Virus record (IMG/VR): IMGVR_UViG_3300033121_002118
Span: 1-64,000 of that record
Strand: one strand, 5' to 3'
DNA length: 64,000 nucleotides
Source of the DNA: a virus
Lineage: Duplodnaviria > Caudoviricetes
The stretch's first letter is position 1, and every line of letters starts with the position of its first letter. Of this stretch, positions 45,588 through 55,322 are shown piece by piece. The position numbers were made by a program, and so were the translations under genes. Below the pieces are notes generated by a model, which saw nothing but the letters and a program-made list of their open reading frames with translations, ran no database searches and was not told the DNA's origin.

Positions 45588-48500
45588 TCAGGACGCGAAG
45601 CTGACCCCGCTCGAGGTCACGATGAAGTCCATCGCGATGAACTCGGCGGTCCGCGTGGGCACGATCACGACCCGTCCGTTGAGGCGGTTGGCCTGCTCGT
45701 CCTCGGCCGTGTTGTTGGTGGAGTCCATCGTGACCTTAAACCCCTCGATGCCCGCCTGGCCCTGGATGATGGCCAGCTGCAGGTCCACGTCGGACTTGAA
45801 CCGGGCACGCAGGGCGGGGGTGTTGTTGTCGAACACCGCACTGCGTGCGATGCCGATCACGATGCGCTTCACCTCGAGCAGCAGGCGCCGCACGTTGACC
45901 CTGTCCAGGGCCGACTTGTTGACCTGCAGGGTCTTCTGCCCGTAGATCACGAAGCCGTTGCGCGGGAACGTGGCGATCGGGTTGATGCGGCCGCTGTCGT
46001 GCAGCCTGTCGCGGTCGGCCACGTTCAGGCGCACGGTCACGTTCTTCACGGAGTCCAGCGCGGCCCTGTTGAAGCCCGCAGGCGCGTACCATGGGTAGGC
46101 GACCCTGTCGCTGAAGGCGAGCGCGCCCATCGCGGCGACCGAGGCGGGCACCTTGACCCGGCGCCTGTTCGTCAGGTCGTCGATGAAGACGTCGGGGAAG
46201 TAGGTGGCCGCGTAGCTGTTGTCCACGACCCTGGCCTCGAACGCGGCCGAGGTCCTGTCGACGTCGGGACGGGCCGTGGAGCTGTCGTACAGCCGGGTCG
46301 AGTCCTCGTCGTAGGCCGGGACGTCCATGACGTACATGGCCAGGCCGTACTCCTGGCAGCGCTTCGCCGCGTAGTCGGTCAGGAAGCTCTCGCGGACGCC
46401 GGGCACGGCCAGCAGGTTCGTGTTGACCGCGAGCGGGTCGGTCATGATGTCGACCGCGGTCACGTAGGAGGCCACCGTGCTGTTGGCCTGGCCCGCGCCT
46501 GCCATGTTCGAGGTGAAGCCCGGGGAGACGTACGTGGACTCGGCGCCGCCGCCTGCGTCGAACGAGGTGGCCTCATCGTTCATGCGCCGCGCCGCACGGT
46601 CCAGGATGTTGACGCCGTCGAAGCCGCCGGCCATGAAGGTCGTGAACTTCATGAAGGGCGAGAACCTGTTGAAGTCGGCCGGGGTCGACTGCGCCAGCAC
46701 GGTGGCCAGGGTGACGCGCTTGCCCAGGACCGGGTCAGTGATCCGGTAGTCGCTCGGATCCAGCCGGGCCCGGCGCTGGTACGCCGCCTCACGCATGTGG
46801 TCGGAGGCCGAGGCAGTCAGGTCAGCCACGGTCGCGTTCGACAGCGCCACGCGTGCGAGCGTGAACTTGTTGTTGTTCTGCAGGTCGGCGCCCGAGCCCG
46901 TCACCATGACGTCCAGCTTCCGGATGCCCGCGAACTTGGTCAGCGACGCCAGGAGGGCGTTCTTCTCGCTGGCCACGTTCGGGTTGGTCGGGTCGGTGTT
47001 GCGCTCGAACTTGACGCCCCAGCACAGCGAGGGCACGGTGAGCTCCAGGGGCCCAGGCTGCCCGTCCCACGCGGCGGTGCTCGGGATGGTGCCCTTGGTG
47101 ACCTTGAACCGGAAGGGCACGGGCGGCACGATCGAACCGGACAGGGCCGAGCCCGAGGAGACCCCCAGCACGCCCACGATCCTTGCGCTGGCGGCGGAGG
47201 GCGCCGAGTCGGTCAGGCTGTCGTTCGTCTTCAGGGTCTCCAGGCCGCGGAACCCGAAGGGCAACGCGCGCGCGGGCACGAGGCCCCGGCGCACGGGCTC
47301 ACTCACGACCACGCGGACGTGCTTGGACCTGCTCGGGTACCTGCCGAACGCGACGAGCCTGCGCTCGGCCACCACGGTGGCGTCGAAGTTGAAGGTCACG
47401 TGCCGGTCGCCCACGACCTTCGCGATGAAGTTGTCGGCGTTCGGGTCCAAGGAGCAGTTGGAGAACTGCTCCAGCACCACCGGGTTCGTGTCGGTGTCGT
47501 TCCAGTCCCTGACCTGGACCGTGAAGGTGCCATGGGGCCGGGCGTCGTCCTGTGAGGCCTTGACGTTGGTGATGCTGATCTTGTAGAGCTGGTTCGCGTG
47601 CTCGCCGTCGTCCAGGGCCTCGAACATGAACAGGTCGTGCTCGGTCGCGCCGAAGGGCTGCGAGATGAACCAGGGGGTGCCGGGCCAGGTGTACCGCGTG
47701 TCGAAGGCACCGTATGCCGCGCGCATCGTCAGGGCCGTGTCGCCTGAGGACGTGCTGGTCCTGGCCGAGCCCGACAGGACGCCCACCGCGACCGCGGTCG
47801 CGAGCTCGTCGTCGACCGCGTAGTCGGCGTACAGGAGGTGCTGCTCCGCGTCGAAGCGCTCTGGGTCCGTGTTGAGGACCTTCGCGAAGTAGTCGGAGCT
47901 GCTGGGGTCCAGGGACGCCGTCAGCACCCTGATTCCCGCGTTTCCGTCCGTGACTCCGAACCTCGACCCCATCGACGTGGACACGACCAGCTTGAACTTG
48001 CCGCCCTCCACCGAGGCCTCGTCGTTCGGGCCAGCGGCCGAGATCGCGCCCACGGTGGACTCGCTGCCGTTCAGCACCATGATCCTGGACCCCGAGGTCG
48101 TCATGATGACGCCGCGAACCAGGTGCGCGTAGCCGCCCGTGTACGAGTCGTTGTCCGTGAACACCGGCATGCCATAGGCCTCGGCGGCCTGCAGGGCATG
48201 GCGTGCGACCAGGAACTGGACCACGTTGACGTGCCTGCCCTGGCTGTCGTTGGGTGCCGCCGCGCCGTCCAGGTGGAAGCCCGCGTTCTTGACCCTGCCC
48301 TTCTGCACGGTGGTGGAGATGTCGGTCTCGGTCGAGTTCGAGCCCGCACCCAGCACGCGCAGGTACGTCAGGGCCGACCTGTGGCGCAGGAACTCATTGA
48401 CCGCGTACGGGCCGGGCCGGGCCGGGTCCAGGCCCCCGAACACCTGATCGAACTCACCGTCGAACTTCGCGACGGTGACGGGCACGAAGGCCGGGCCCTT

Positions 48501-48614
48501 CTTGGCGGTGCCCACCACGCCGGCGGGCACCCCGACAGGACCGCCCGCTGCGGGCTGGGAGAGGTCGATCTCCCTCTCGAAGAACCCGGGGCTGCGAAAC
48601 GTCTGCTCGGCCAT
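45588..48614 (-). CDS. Tail sheath protein (gp18-like), paralog 2
   Basis: SPGFFEREID, GTAKKGPAFVP, PWYAPAGFNR, YGQKTLQ..SALDRVNVRRLL. Confidence 0.93.
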   Translation of the reverse strand: MAEQTFRSPGFFEREIDLSQPAAGGPVGVPAGVVGTAKKGPAFVPVTVAKFDGEFDQVFGGLDPARPGPYAVNEFLRHRSALTYLRVLGAGSNSTETDISTTVQKGRVKNAGFHLDGAAAPNDSQGRHVNVVQFLVARHALQAAEAYGMPVFTDNDSYTGGYAHLVRGVIMTTSGSRIMVLNGSESTVGAISAAGPNDEASVEGGKFKLVVSTSMGSRFGVTDGNAGIRVLTASLDPSSSDYFAKVLNTDPERFDAEQHLLYADYAVDDELATAVAVGVLSGSARTSTSSGDTALTMRAAYGAFDTRYTWPGTPWFISQPFGATEHDLFMFEALDDGEHANQLYKISITNVKASQDDARPHGTFTVQVRDWNDTDTNPVVLEQFSNCSLDPNADNFIAKVVGDRHVTFNFDATVVAERRLVAFGRYPSRSKHVRVVVSEPVRRGLVPARALPFGFRGLETLKTNDSLTDSAPSAASARIVGVLGVSSGSALSGSIVPPVPFRFKVTKGTIPSTAAWDGQPGPLELTVPSLCWGVKFERNTDPTNPNVASEKNALLASLTKFAGIRKLDVMVTGSGADLQNNNKFTLARVALSNATVADLTASASDHMREAAYQRRARLDPSDYRITDPVLGKRVTLATVLAQSTPADFNRFSPFMKFTTFMAGGFDGVNILDRAARRMNDEATSFDAGGGAESTYVSPGFTSNMAGAGQANSTVASYVTAVDIMTDPLAVNTNLLAVPGVRESFLTDYAAKRCQEYGLAMYVMDVPAYDEDSTRLYDSSTARPDVDRTSAAFEARVVDNSYAATYFPDVFIDDLTNRRRVKVPASVAAMGALAFSDRVAYPWYAPAGFNRAALDSVKNVTVRLNVADRDRLHDSGRINPIATFPRNGFVIYGQKTLQVNKSALDRVNVRRLLLEVKRIVIGIARSAVFDNNTPALRARFKSDVDLQLAIIQGQAGIEGFKVTMDSTNNTAEDEQANRLNGRVVIVPTRTAEFIAMDFIVTSSGVSFAS

Positions 48615-48653
48615 CTACCGCACTCCTCTTGCGTCGACGTTGAATCCAGACGA

Positions 48654-48659
48654 TAAGTA
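48654..48659 (-). promoter_or_regulatory. TANNTA motif upstream of sheath 2
   Basis: TACTTA then GAGGAG RBS. Confidence 0.55.
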
Positions 48660-48691
48660 GGAGCGCAGGTCCGCGAAGGCTGCCGTGCGGG

Positions 48692-50023
48692 TCAGCCGCC
48701 CGTGACGACGACCGCGAGACCGTCCAGGCCGCCCGTGGGCGAGGACGAGTACACGGTCTCGCCTGCCGACGGATTCGAGGACGCGATCCTGATGTTTTCC
48801 ACGGTGCGCCGTCCCGTGACAGGATCGATCGAGACGTGCCTGAGGTACCTGGCCGGCGAGGCACCACGTCGCAGCTTACCCAGGGCCGGGTCCGAGGATG
48901 TCACCGCGCCCGGGGGCACCAGGCGGCCGGCGCCCGTCCTGCGGCGATCAGGTCTCCTGGTACGGTCAGGATCGAGCGGCAGCGTCGGATCGTCGGCTCC
49001 CAGGTACGGATCGTCCACCGTGTCCTCTCCCGACGCCGGCTCGGCCCCGCCAGGTTCCACGGTGAACGACACGACGGGCGAGGAGACCGTGCGCCGGACG
49101 GGCACCGGTGCGCCCGGACCGGGACCCGCGAGCAGGTAGGCAGGCACCTTGAGGGAGAGCTTGTGTCGCACCACGCGCTCGAGCTCGCCCACCTCGGAGA
49201 GGTTGCCCTCGGGCTGGTGCGAGTCCCCGTCCACCGTGCCCACGAACCAGTAGCCCTTCTCGGTCCTGAGCACGATCGAGTTGCCCTGCGGCAGCAGCGC
49301 CGACACGAGGCGCTCCCAGAGCTGGTTCATCTGCGCCAGGTGCTGTGTCCAGAACGTCACCTCGTACGTCACGGTGAAGAACTGCGGCGCAGGCACCGTG
49401 ATGGTCTCCACGACGTTCCGGGTCAGGGGAGCCGCGAGCAGGGCCCCTCGCACGACGTCGCCATCAAGGGACCGCTCACCCACGGATCCTCGGGTCGTCA
49501 GCTGGCCCGGGGCCCCCCGTCCGACTGGGACGGCCACGTTCTGCTGGTTGCGCAGGAAGAGCGCGTTCAGGCGGTTCTGATGGCCCCTGTCGGTGCGGTC
49601 CAGGCGCCGGGCGACCACGAGCTCCCCCGTCTGCTGGTTGATGCCGCGGCCCGCGATGTCCTGTGCCATGCTCTGCATCGGCGCGCCTCGGGTGATCGTG
49701 ATGATGGGCAGGATGAGGGCGCCCGTCGCCTTGTCACGCACACCGCGGTGCCTCTTGATGAGAGCCCAGCGCTCGCCCGTCGCAAACACGACCGAGGGTG
49801 CTCTGAGCTCGTCCCCCTCCACCTGCACCTGGAGCCCGAGCCCGGAGGAGAATGCCTCGTACACGGCGGCGTCGACGTCCTCGACGCCGCACGGCGGCAC
49901 GGTCAGGCCCTCAGGCGGGTCGAGCCGGCCGTCGTAGCCCGTGGGCAGGTCGCCCGCGCGCCTAGGCGTCTCTGTTCCTGCGTTGAAACGTGTGGTGGTC
50001 GTCACCTGGGTTCTCTCAGTCAT
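48692..50023 (-). CDS. Tail completion / sheath terminator (gp15-like)
   Basis: VEDVDAAV, FATGERW, LILPIITI.R, P.FFTVTYEV.FWT; between neck and sheath genes. Confidence 0.65.
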   Translation of the reverse strand: MTERTQVTTTTRFNAGTETPRRAGDLPTGYDGRLDPPEGLTVPPCGVEDVDAAVYEAFSSGLGLQVQVEGDELRAPSVVFATGERWALIKRHRGVRDKATGALILPIITITRGAPMQSMAQDIAGRGINQQTGELVVARRLDRTDRGHQNRLNALFLRNQQNVAVPVGRGAPGQLTTRGSVGERSLDGDVVRGALLAAPLTRNVVETITVPAPQFFTVTYEVTFWTQHLAQMNQLWERLVSALLPQGNSIVLRTEKGYWFVGTVDGDSHQPEGNLSEVGELERVVRHKLSLKVPAYLLAGPGPGAPVPVRRTVSSPVVSFTVEPGGAEPASGEDTVDDPYLGADDPTLPLDPDRTRRPDRRRTGAGRLVPPGAVTSSDPALGKLRRGASPARYLRHVSIDPVTGRRTVENIRIASSNPSAGETVYSSSPTGGLDGLAVVVTGG

Positions 50024-50673
50024 TCGTCATAGAACGCAGGCCCCCGGGCAGAGCGCCTGGAGACCTCGCGGACGCCCGTGAGCGGCGGCTCGAGCGTGCC
50101 GTTCTGCACGAGCTCACGACGGTCGTTGGTAGGCCCGTTGGCGTTCTCGCGCAGGCCTCGCTGCTGCACGAAGGTCTCCTGGACCGCGTCCGCATCGGTG
50201 CGGGCGATGTCGGTGGGCCCGTGCGGCCTGATCTTCAGCATGCCCTGGCGCGCGGTCACGCCTGAGATCTTGATCCCGTCCGTGCGCTCCACCTGCCCGT
50301 AGATCCTGCGCATGGGCAGGACCGTGACCACCTCGTATGTGACGTCGCCGTACGTGAAGAAGTCGCCCACTGTCACCTCGACGCCCTTGTCGACCAGGTC
50401 GCGCCACTGGACGTAGGCCTCCAGCTTCGCCGTGCGATCGACGCCGAAAGAATCGCCGACCTGCGCGTACTCAGGCTGGCCCACCAGGGCATCGAGCTCG
50501 ACGGGCGGATCGAACACCTTGTCGATCGCCTCGTCGTACACCGGATGCGCCCGCGTCTTGTCGACCGAGACGGCGTAATAGAACAGGCGCTGGCCCACGA
50601 CGTCCTTCACGAGCTCGCGCGTGATGTCGTCGATGAATGCCTGTTCCCTGGGTCCGATGAAAAGACGTGCCAT
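50020..50673 (-). CDS. Neck / head-closure protein (gp14-like)
   Basis: ELVKDVVGQ..YY, HPVYDEAI.KVF..PV, VGDFF.YG..YEV. Confidence 0.7.
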   Translation of the reverse strand: MARLFIGPREQAFIDDITRELVKDVVGQRLFYYAVSVDKTRAHPVYDEAIDKVFDPPVELDALVGQPEYAQVGDSFGVDRTAKLEAYVQWRDLVDKGVEVTVGDFFTYGDVTYEVVTVLPMRRIYGQVERTDGIKISGVTARQGMLKIRPHGPTDIARTDADAVQETFVQQRGLRENANGPTNDRRELVQNGTLEPPLTGVREVSRRSARGPAFYDE

Positions 50674-50688
50674 CGTGCTCCTGTTCCC

Positions 50689-51348
50689 TCAGAGCATCCT
50701 GCTCGCGTACACCATGCCGGCGCGGGCCATGAATTTTTCATACGTCATCGCGGTCTTCACCTCGCCGCTGTCGACAAGGTCTTCGAACCGCTTCATCGCC
50801 TCGCTGTGCCTCGCGACAAGCGACGTCAAGTCGAGTGGATTACGCAACCGACAGGCACGATCAAGATACGCGCCACGTGGGTCCTGCTGTCTCGTGAACG
50901 TCCTGCAGCTGGGATCAAGAGGACGAAACTCGACATCGGACCGCGCTCCATACCGCTGCCACAGCATCGAAGCCGACGGCGACACGTCCTGACGATCGGG
51001 CATGATCCATGCGCCCTGCGACATCAGAATGTCATACAGCATGGGTCCATACCCATGGCGCGCGGCTGACAGCTCGACCCGACGCACGTCGTCGCCGCAG
51101 TGCGGCGCGGCCCTGTGCGCTGCAGAGGCAAAGATCGATCGCACCGTCACGTCGATGTCTGCCTGGCGACGGTCGACGATGGCGTCCATCAGCTGGTCAG
51201 GATCGTACAGGACGACCTTCTGGAGCTCGCCTTCGTCTTTGATCATGAGAGCAAGGCCCGAGGCGACGGCATGGTCGATGGCGACCGCAGCCTCGACGAG
51301 GCAAGCGCGCACGAACTGCCTGAGCACATGGTCACCGACAGACATCAT
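50689..51348 (-). CDS. Leader-variant GNAT-like protein
   Basis: VLRQFVRACLVE|A; SAARHGYGPMLYD..PDR..VS.SA..LW..Y. Confidence 0.6.
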   Translation of the reverse strand: MMSVGDHVLRQFVRACLVEAAVAIDHAVASGLALMIKDEGELQKVVLYDPDQLMDAIVDRRQADIDVTVRSIFASAAHRAAPHCGDDVRRVELSAARHGYGPMLYDILMSQGAWIMPDRQDVSPSASMLWQRYGARSDVEFRPLDPSCRTFTRQQDPRGAYLDRACRLRNPLDLTSLVARHSEAMKRFEDLVDSGEVKTAMTYEKFMARAGMVYASRML

Positions 51349-52010
51349 GCCTCCCTGTACCTCGAGTCAAAGTACTTGCTGCCGGCACCAGCCAGTGCCT
51401 GCGAGACCTCGGCCGCAGAAAAATCGTACGACAGCTCGCCCAGGGCGGCCTCATGGCGACGACGAAGGACGGCAAGGTCGGCCCTGTTCTCGACCGAGTA
51501 CGCGAAGTTGAGCCACGGCCTGACCTTCACGTGCTGACGACAACGGCCCGCGAGCGGAGTCTTCACGACGTCGGGCCTGTCATGGTACCTGCGCCACACC
51601 CGCTCCGCGCTGAGCGACACGGAATCGCGGCTCGGCGCGAGAGGACCGTCAGCCATGGCAGCATCATACAGCAGCGGACCAAATCCCTTCTCAGCGGCGA
51701 CGGTGTTGACGACCCTGGCACCGCACCGGGCGTCCTGCACGGCATAGAGCGCTCCCACGACCGCGCGCGCAGCGAACAAGGCAGGCACGATCACCCTGGC
51801 AGGCTCACCCGGCAGCTCGAGCATCGTTCGCACGGCGACGTCCTGGTCGTACAGCACGTAGTCGCCCGTCCCGTCCCCGCCGGGTGCCATGAGCGCCAAC
51901 CCACGGGCCGCCGCCGCCGAGGGCGCGATCGCCTCCTCGCTCAGCGCGCATGCCAACGCCTCCCTCACGAAGGCCCTTAGGATATCCCGCGAAACGTCGG
52001 CCATGGCCAC
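51345..52010 (-). CDS. Leader-variant GNAT-like protein (paralog of neighbour)
   Basis: ILRAFVREAL..LSE|E; VAAEKGFGPLLYD..PSR.SVS.SA..VW..Y. Confidence 0.6.
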   Translation of the reverse strand: MAMADVSRDILRAFVREALACALSEEAIAPSAAAARGLALMAPGGDGTGDYVLYDQDVAVRTMLELPGEPARVIVPALFAARAVVGALYAVQDARCGARVVNTVAAEKGFGPLLYDAAMADGPLAPSRDSVSLSAERVWRRYHDRPDVVKTPLAGRCRQHVKVRPWLNFAYSVENRADLAVLRRRHEAALGELSYDFSAAEVSQALAGAGSKYFDSRYREA

Positions 52011-52011
52011 A

Positions 52012-52977
52012 TCATCCTGCTTTCACACGTTCAATGCAGGCTGTGACATCCCTACGAAACTCCGCATCTGTCACGCGCACGAGCCGCAGACCTTGCTGCA
52101 TAAACCACGCTTCCTGCTGCCTGTCCAGATCCCACTTGCCTGCGATGGCCTTGTCCCGCGGCTTTGGGCTACTGCGGATCTGTTCGATGGGTCGATCCAG
52201 GCCATGCCAGTAAACGCCGTCGAACTGCACGTACGCGTCGATGCTCTTCACCCAGAAGTCGATGGGCCAATGCTCGTTTACGAGGACCCAACGTTCCACA
52301 TCATCTGTGCCGAATCGCTCGACCAACGCAGCATGGAACGCGTTCTCAGCCTTCGATTGACGTGCATATGCGCCAGAAGCCTTCCGCGCATCGTGCACTT
52401 TTTGGAACATCGCAGGCAGCTGCAACGCTCGCTTCACACCATACTTCGCCATGCAACCAGCTTCAAGGGCCCGCTGGACATGCTCGAGCTGCATCGGGTG
52501 CTCGACACCCCAGTGCTTCAATATGGTCTGTCGCGCTTTCTCACGCACAGCAGGAGACTGTTGAGCAAAGCGTACACCATGATTCCTGAGCGTCGACTCC
52601 TCAGCGCGCTTTCGCACGGTCGAGTCTTTTGACGGATGATCAACGCCGCGACGCTCGAGATGTCGCTGCCTGATCTTCTCCTTGACCACGGGCGCGGCAT
52701 AGACGTTCTCGACGCCATAACGTTGAATGTTAGTAGCGCCCGTGATCATCGCGACTGCTCCGCCTGCCCGATGCGAGGCCCGCTTGCATTCGTTCGAACA
52801 CGCATGCGTCTTTCGAGATTGGAGCCGCGTGCCACTTCCCCGCGTCTCCCATTCCTTTCCGCATGTGTCGCAGCGCAACAGATGCAGGTCATATTGCACC
52901 GTTCGTTTCATCGAGTCTTCATGGACAACAGCACGGGATGACAGATACATGTGCCCATAGATATGGGCATCATTCAT
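52012..52977 (-). CDS. Putative homing endonuclease, paralog of 32736..33701 (possible start 52950)
   Basis: CDTCG..HACS, [RK]YGV repeats, SKAE, IDFWV..YVQFDGVYWHGLDRP. Confidence 0.8.
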   Translation of the reverse strand: MNDAHIYGHMYLSSRAVVHEDSMKRTVQYDLHLLRCDTCGKEWETRGSGTRLQSRKTHACSNECKRASHRAGGAVAMITGATNIQRYGVENVYAAPVVKEKIRQRHLERRGVDHPSKDSTVRKRAEESTLRNHGVRFAQQSPAVREKARQTILKHWGVEHPMQLEHVQRALEAGCMAKYGVKRALQLPAMFQKVHDARKASGAYARQSKAENAFHAALVERFGTDDVERWVLVNEHWPIDFWVKSIDAYVQFDGVYWHGLDRPIEQIRSSPKPRDKAIAGKWDLDRQQEAWFMQQGLRLVRVTDAEFRRDVTACIERVKAG

Positions 52978-54152
52978 CCAACGTACACAAATCGGCCCAG
53001 CGGCATGGGCACGTGCTTCAGCTGTCGGGCCAAGTTGTCGGCGATGGTCGCCTCCTGCTCGATCAGCTTGGGTTGTGACACGGACTCCAGGAACTCCCGC
53101 AGCTCGGTCCTGAGCTTGTCCTTGTCCTCACGGCCCTGCTGTCGCAGCTCATCCCCATCGAGCTGCAGGTCGGCGTTGGGCACCGGGATGGTCTTCATCT
53201 TGCCCCTGACGATGCCCAGCAGCTCCCTGCACAGGGCAAAGGCATACTGGCGGATCCACTGCCTGCCCCAGGCATTGATGGTCGCGAACGGGATGTCGCT
53301 GAAGGGTGCGTTGCTGGCGCTGCTGACTCCCTGCACCGACTCGTCTGTGTACGACGGGTCGGTCGGATCCTGGGGCTGCGCCACCCTGACGTACAGCCGT
53401 GGGGTCGTGTCCGTGTTGGACGGGACCGGGAAGATCCTGATGTTCCTGCCCCTGACCTCGTAGCTGTAGTTCGAGCGCCTGATCCTGTACGCGGTGTCGA
53501 GCATGCTGCGGCGCAGGACGTCCTCGAAGACTGGCAGGACGTAGAAGACCGTGGAATTCACGTACGACTCGTAGTTGAACTCGGTGGCGAGGAAGTTCGT
53601 GACGTTCGAGGCATTGAGCAGGAAGTGCTGCGCCGCGACAGGAGAGGTGTGCATCACGTCGATGATCCTGAGCTTCCCGTTCCACCCCGCGGGTGCCGAG
53701 CCCGCGACCAGGGTGCCTGAGGCGGCGTCCTTGAGCTCCGTGTACAGGTTGTAGTCCTGCCGGCCGGGCTCGAGGTCGAAATATCCCAACACCGAGTCGT
53801 ACGAACCGCCCACGCCCGCGTACGAGGCGTACGGGTCGGCCTGCCGCATCAGGAATTCCAGGGTCTTATGCAGGTACTTGTTGGTGTAGCTGCCCGAGCT
53901 GCCCGTGGGTGTGCCCAGCATGCTGACCAGGTCGCCCTTGATCTGGGACTCATTGACCAGCTTCCCGTACTCCATGGTCGCCTCCTCGAGGCAGGCCCAG
54001 ATCTGGCGCTTGGTCAGCTCCACCGACAGGACGTCGTCTCCCAGCTTCCGCTTCGTGAACGTGACGAAGCCATCGGCCTCGGCCTGAAAATCAGGGTCAG
54101 TGTCGAAGGTCCCATAGGGCGTGGGCGCGACGGTCTGCGCGAAAGTGCTCAT
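52974..54152 (-). CDS. Neck / head-tail adaptor protein (gp13-like)
   Basis: TPYG.FD.D, RKLG..VLSVELT..QI.AC.EEA, GRQDY.L, RQWIRQY..AL..ELLG.VRGK..TIPVP. Confidence 0.75.
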   Translation of the reverse strand: MSTFAQTVAPTPYGTFDTDPDFQAEADGFVTFTKRKLGDDVLSVELTKRQIWACLEEATMEYGKLVNESQIKGDLVSMLGTPTGSSGSYTNKYLHKTLEFLMRQADPYASYAGVGGSYDSVLGYFDLEPGRQDYNLYTELKDAASGTLVAGSAPAGWNGKLRIIDVMHTSPVAAQHFLLNASNVTNFLATEFNYESYVNSTVFYVLPVFEDVLRRSMLDTAYRIRRSNYSYEVRGRNIRIFPVPSNTDTTPRLYVRVAQPQDPTDPSYTDESVQGVSSASNAPFSDIPFATINAWGRQWIRQYAFALCRELLGIVRGKMKTIPVPNADLQLDGDELRQQGREDKDKLRTELREFLESVSQPKLIEQEATIADNLARQLKHVPMPLGRFVYVG

Positions 54153-54165
54153 GCTTTACCTCGCA

Positions 54166-54171
54166 TAAGTA
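54166..54171. promoter_or_regulatory. TANNTA late-promoter-like motif between divergent genes
   Basis: TAAGTA 5 nt before ATG 54177 (+) and 13 nt before ATG 54152 (-). Confidence 0.6.
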
Positions 54172-54176
54172 CGGCC

Positions 54177-55322
54177 ATGCACCGTGACGCCCTGCGCGGG
54201 CTCGTGCGCGAATCGATCGTACAGGAAATGGCACGCTGGAAGAAGGAAGGCGTGCCGAGAAGACAGGCCCTGGGATCGATCGAGGAGTTCACGGGGCCCA
54301 ACTCCTACGTCCACTACAGCGACCTGAACAAGCTGGGCATCAACCCGCAGTCGAGCTTCGACACGCCCATCGGGCTGTACGGCTACCCGCTGACGCCTGC
54401 GTACGTGCAGAAACTGCGCGCAGGGCGCGGAGCTGACTTTGCGCGTGACAGGAAGTACGCGCACGTCTTCAGGTCAAGGGAATCCGACACCGTCCTCGAC
54501 CTTCGTCGTTACGATGCCGCGCGCTACTCGGAGGACGTGGAGGAGCTGCGACGCCGCATGAAAGGTGGCGTGTGGAACCTGCCGGGCAAGCGTGCGGTGT
54601 TCGACGATGTGGTGACGAGGGCTGAGGCGGACGCCCTCGTCAGGACCCCGGCCGGCATGCTGTGGAACCTCACGCGGCTGCTGGCGGACAAGGACCCACG
54701 CAGGTGGACCGTGATCCTGTCCAAGAAGCTCGCATACACAGGCGTCCGCGACGACGGCGCCGGGATCATCCACGAAAATGAACCGGCGCAAGCCGTCTTC
54801 TTCGACCCGCGCACGATCGAGCATGTGACCACGTTCGTCAACTCGATCGACACGTTCAGCACGTCGGCCCCTGCCAAGGCCCTCATGCGCTACAAGCAGG
54901 CCGAGGACAGGTTCTGGCGCATGTTGGTCGACGTGCAGAACGTAGACCAGGACATGGCACTGCGGCGCAGGCTGATCGATCCGTTCACGAAGCACCCATC
55001 GTCCGACGTCAGGCACAAGGCAGTGGAACATGCGACGCCTGAGGCACAGCGGGCGGCGCTCGAGGACGAAGACGAGGACGTGCGACGTGCTGCGCTGCAT
55101 GAGCTGCGCCGCGACAGGGCTGTGCTACGCATGATGTCGAACGATCCGTCGCCCAAGGTGGTGGACGACCTGGTCGACCACATCGCCAACGAGTTCTCGG
55201 ATCCAGACGAAGACGCGGAGCTGCTCGACGTGTTACGTCGCATCGTGCAGACGCATGAAGGCGATGGACGATGGGAACGCGTCGTCAGAAAGACACGCTC
55301 GATGCTGCAGGACCTCTCATGA
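54177..55322 (+). CDS. Leader-variant protein with putative ART-like domain and HEAT-like repeats
   Basis: ALRGLVRESIVQE|M; KLGINP...DTPIGLYGYPL, YTGVRDDGAGIIHENEPAQAVFF; DEDEDVRRAA; TAAGTA 54166-54171. Confidence 0.65.
   Translation: MHRDALRGLVRESIVQEMARWKKEGVPRRQALGSIEEFTGPNSYVHYSDLNKLGINPQSSFDTPIGLYGYPLTPAYVQKLRAGRGADFARDRKYAHVFRSRESDTVLDLRRYDAARYSEDVEELRRRMKGGVWNLPGKRAVFDDVVTRAEADALVRTPAGMLWNLTRLLADKDPRRWTVILSKKLAYTGVRDDGAGIIHENEPAQAVFFDPRTIEHVTTFVNSIDTFSTSAPAKALMRYKQAEDRFWRMLVDVQNVDQDMALRRRLIDPFTKHPSSDVRHKAVEHATPEAQRAALEDEDEDVRRAALHELRRDRAVLRMMSNDPSPKVVDDLVDHIANEFSDPDEDAELLDVLRRIVQTHEGDGRWERVVRKTRSMLQDLS

Noticed and set aside
45015-47555. Long alternative-frame or antisense ORFs (e.g. 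45015..47555 +, 9720..11765 +, 28211..29956 +, 28883..31522 -, 56252..57742 +)
   Set aside because: Shadows of genuine high-GC3 genes; Arg/Pro/Gly-rich with no motifs, expected where stop codons are rare
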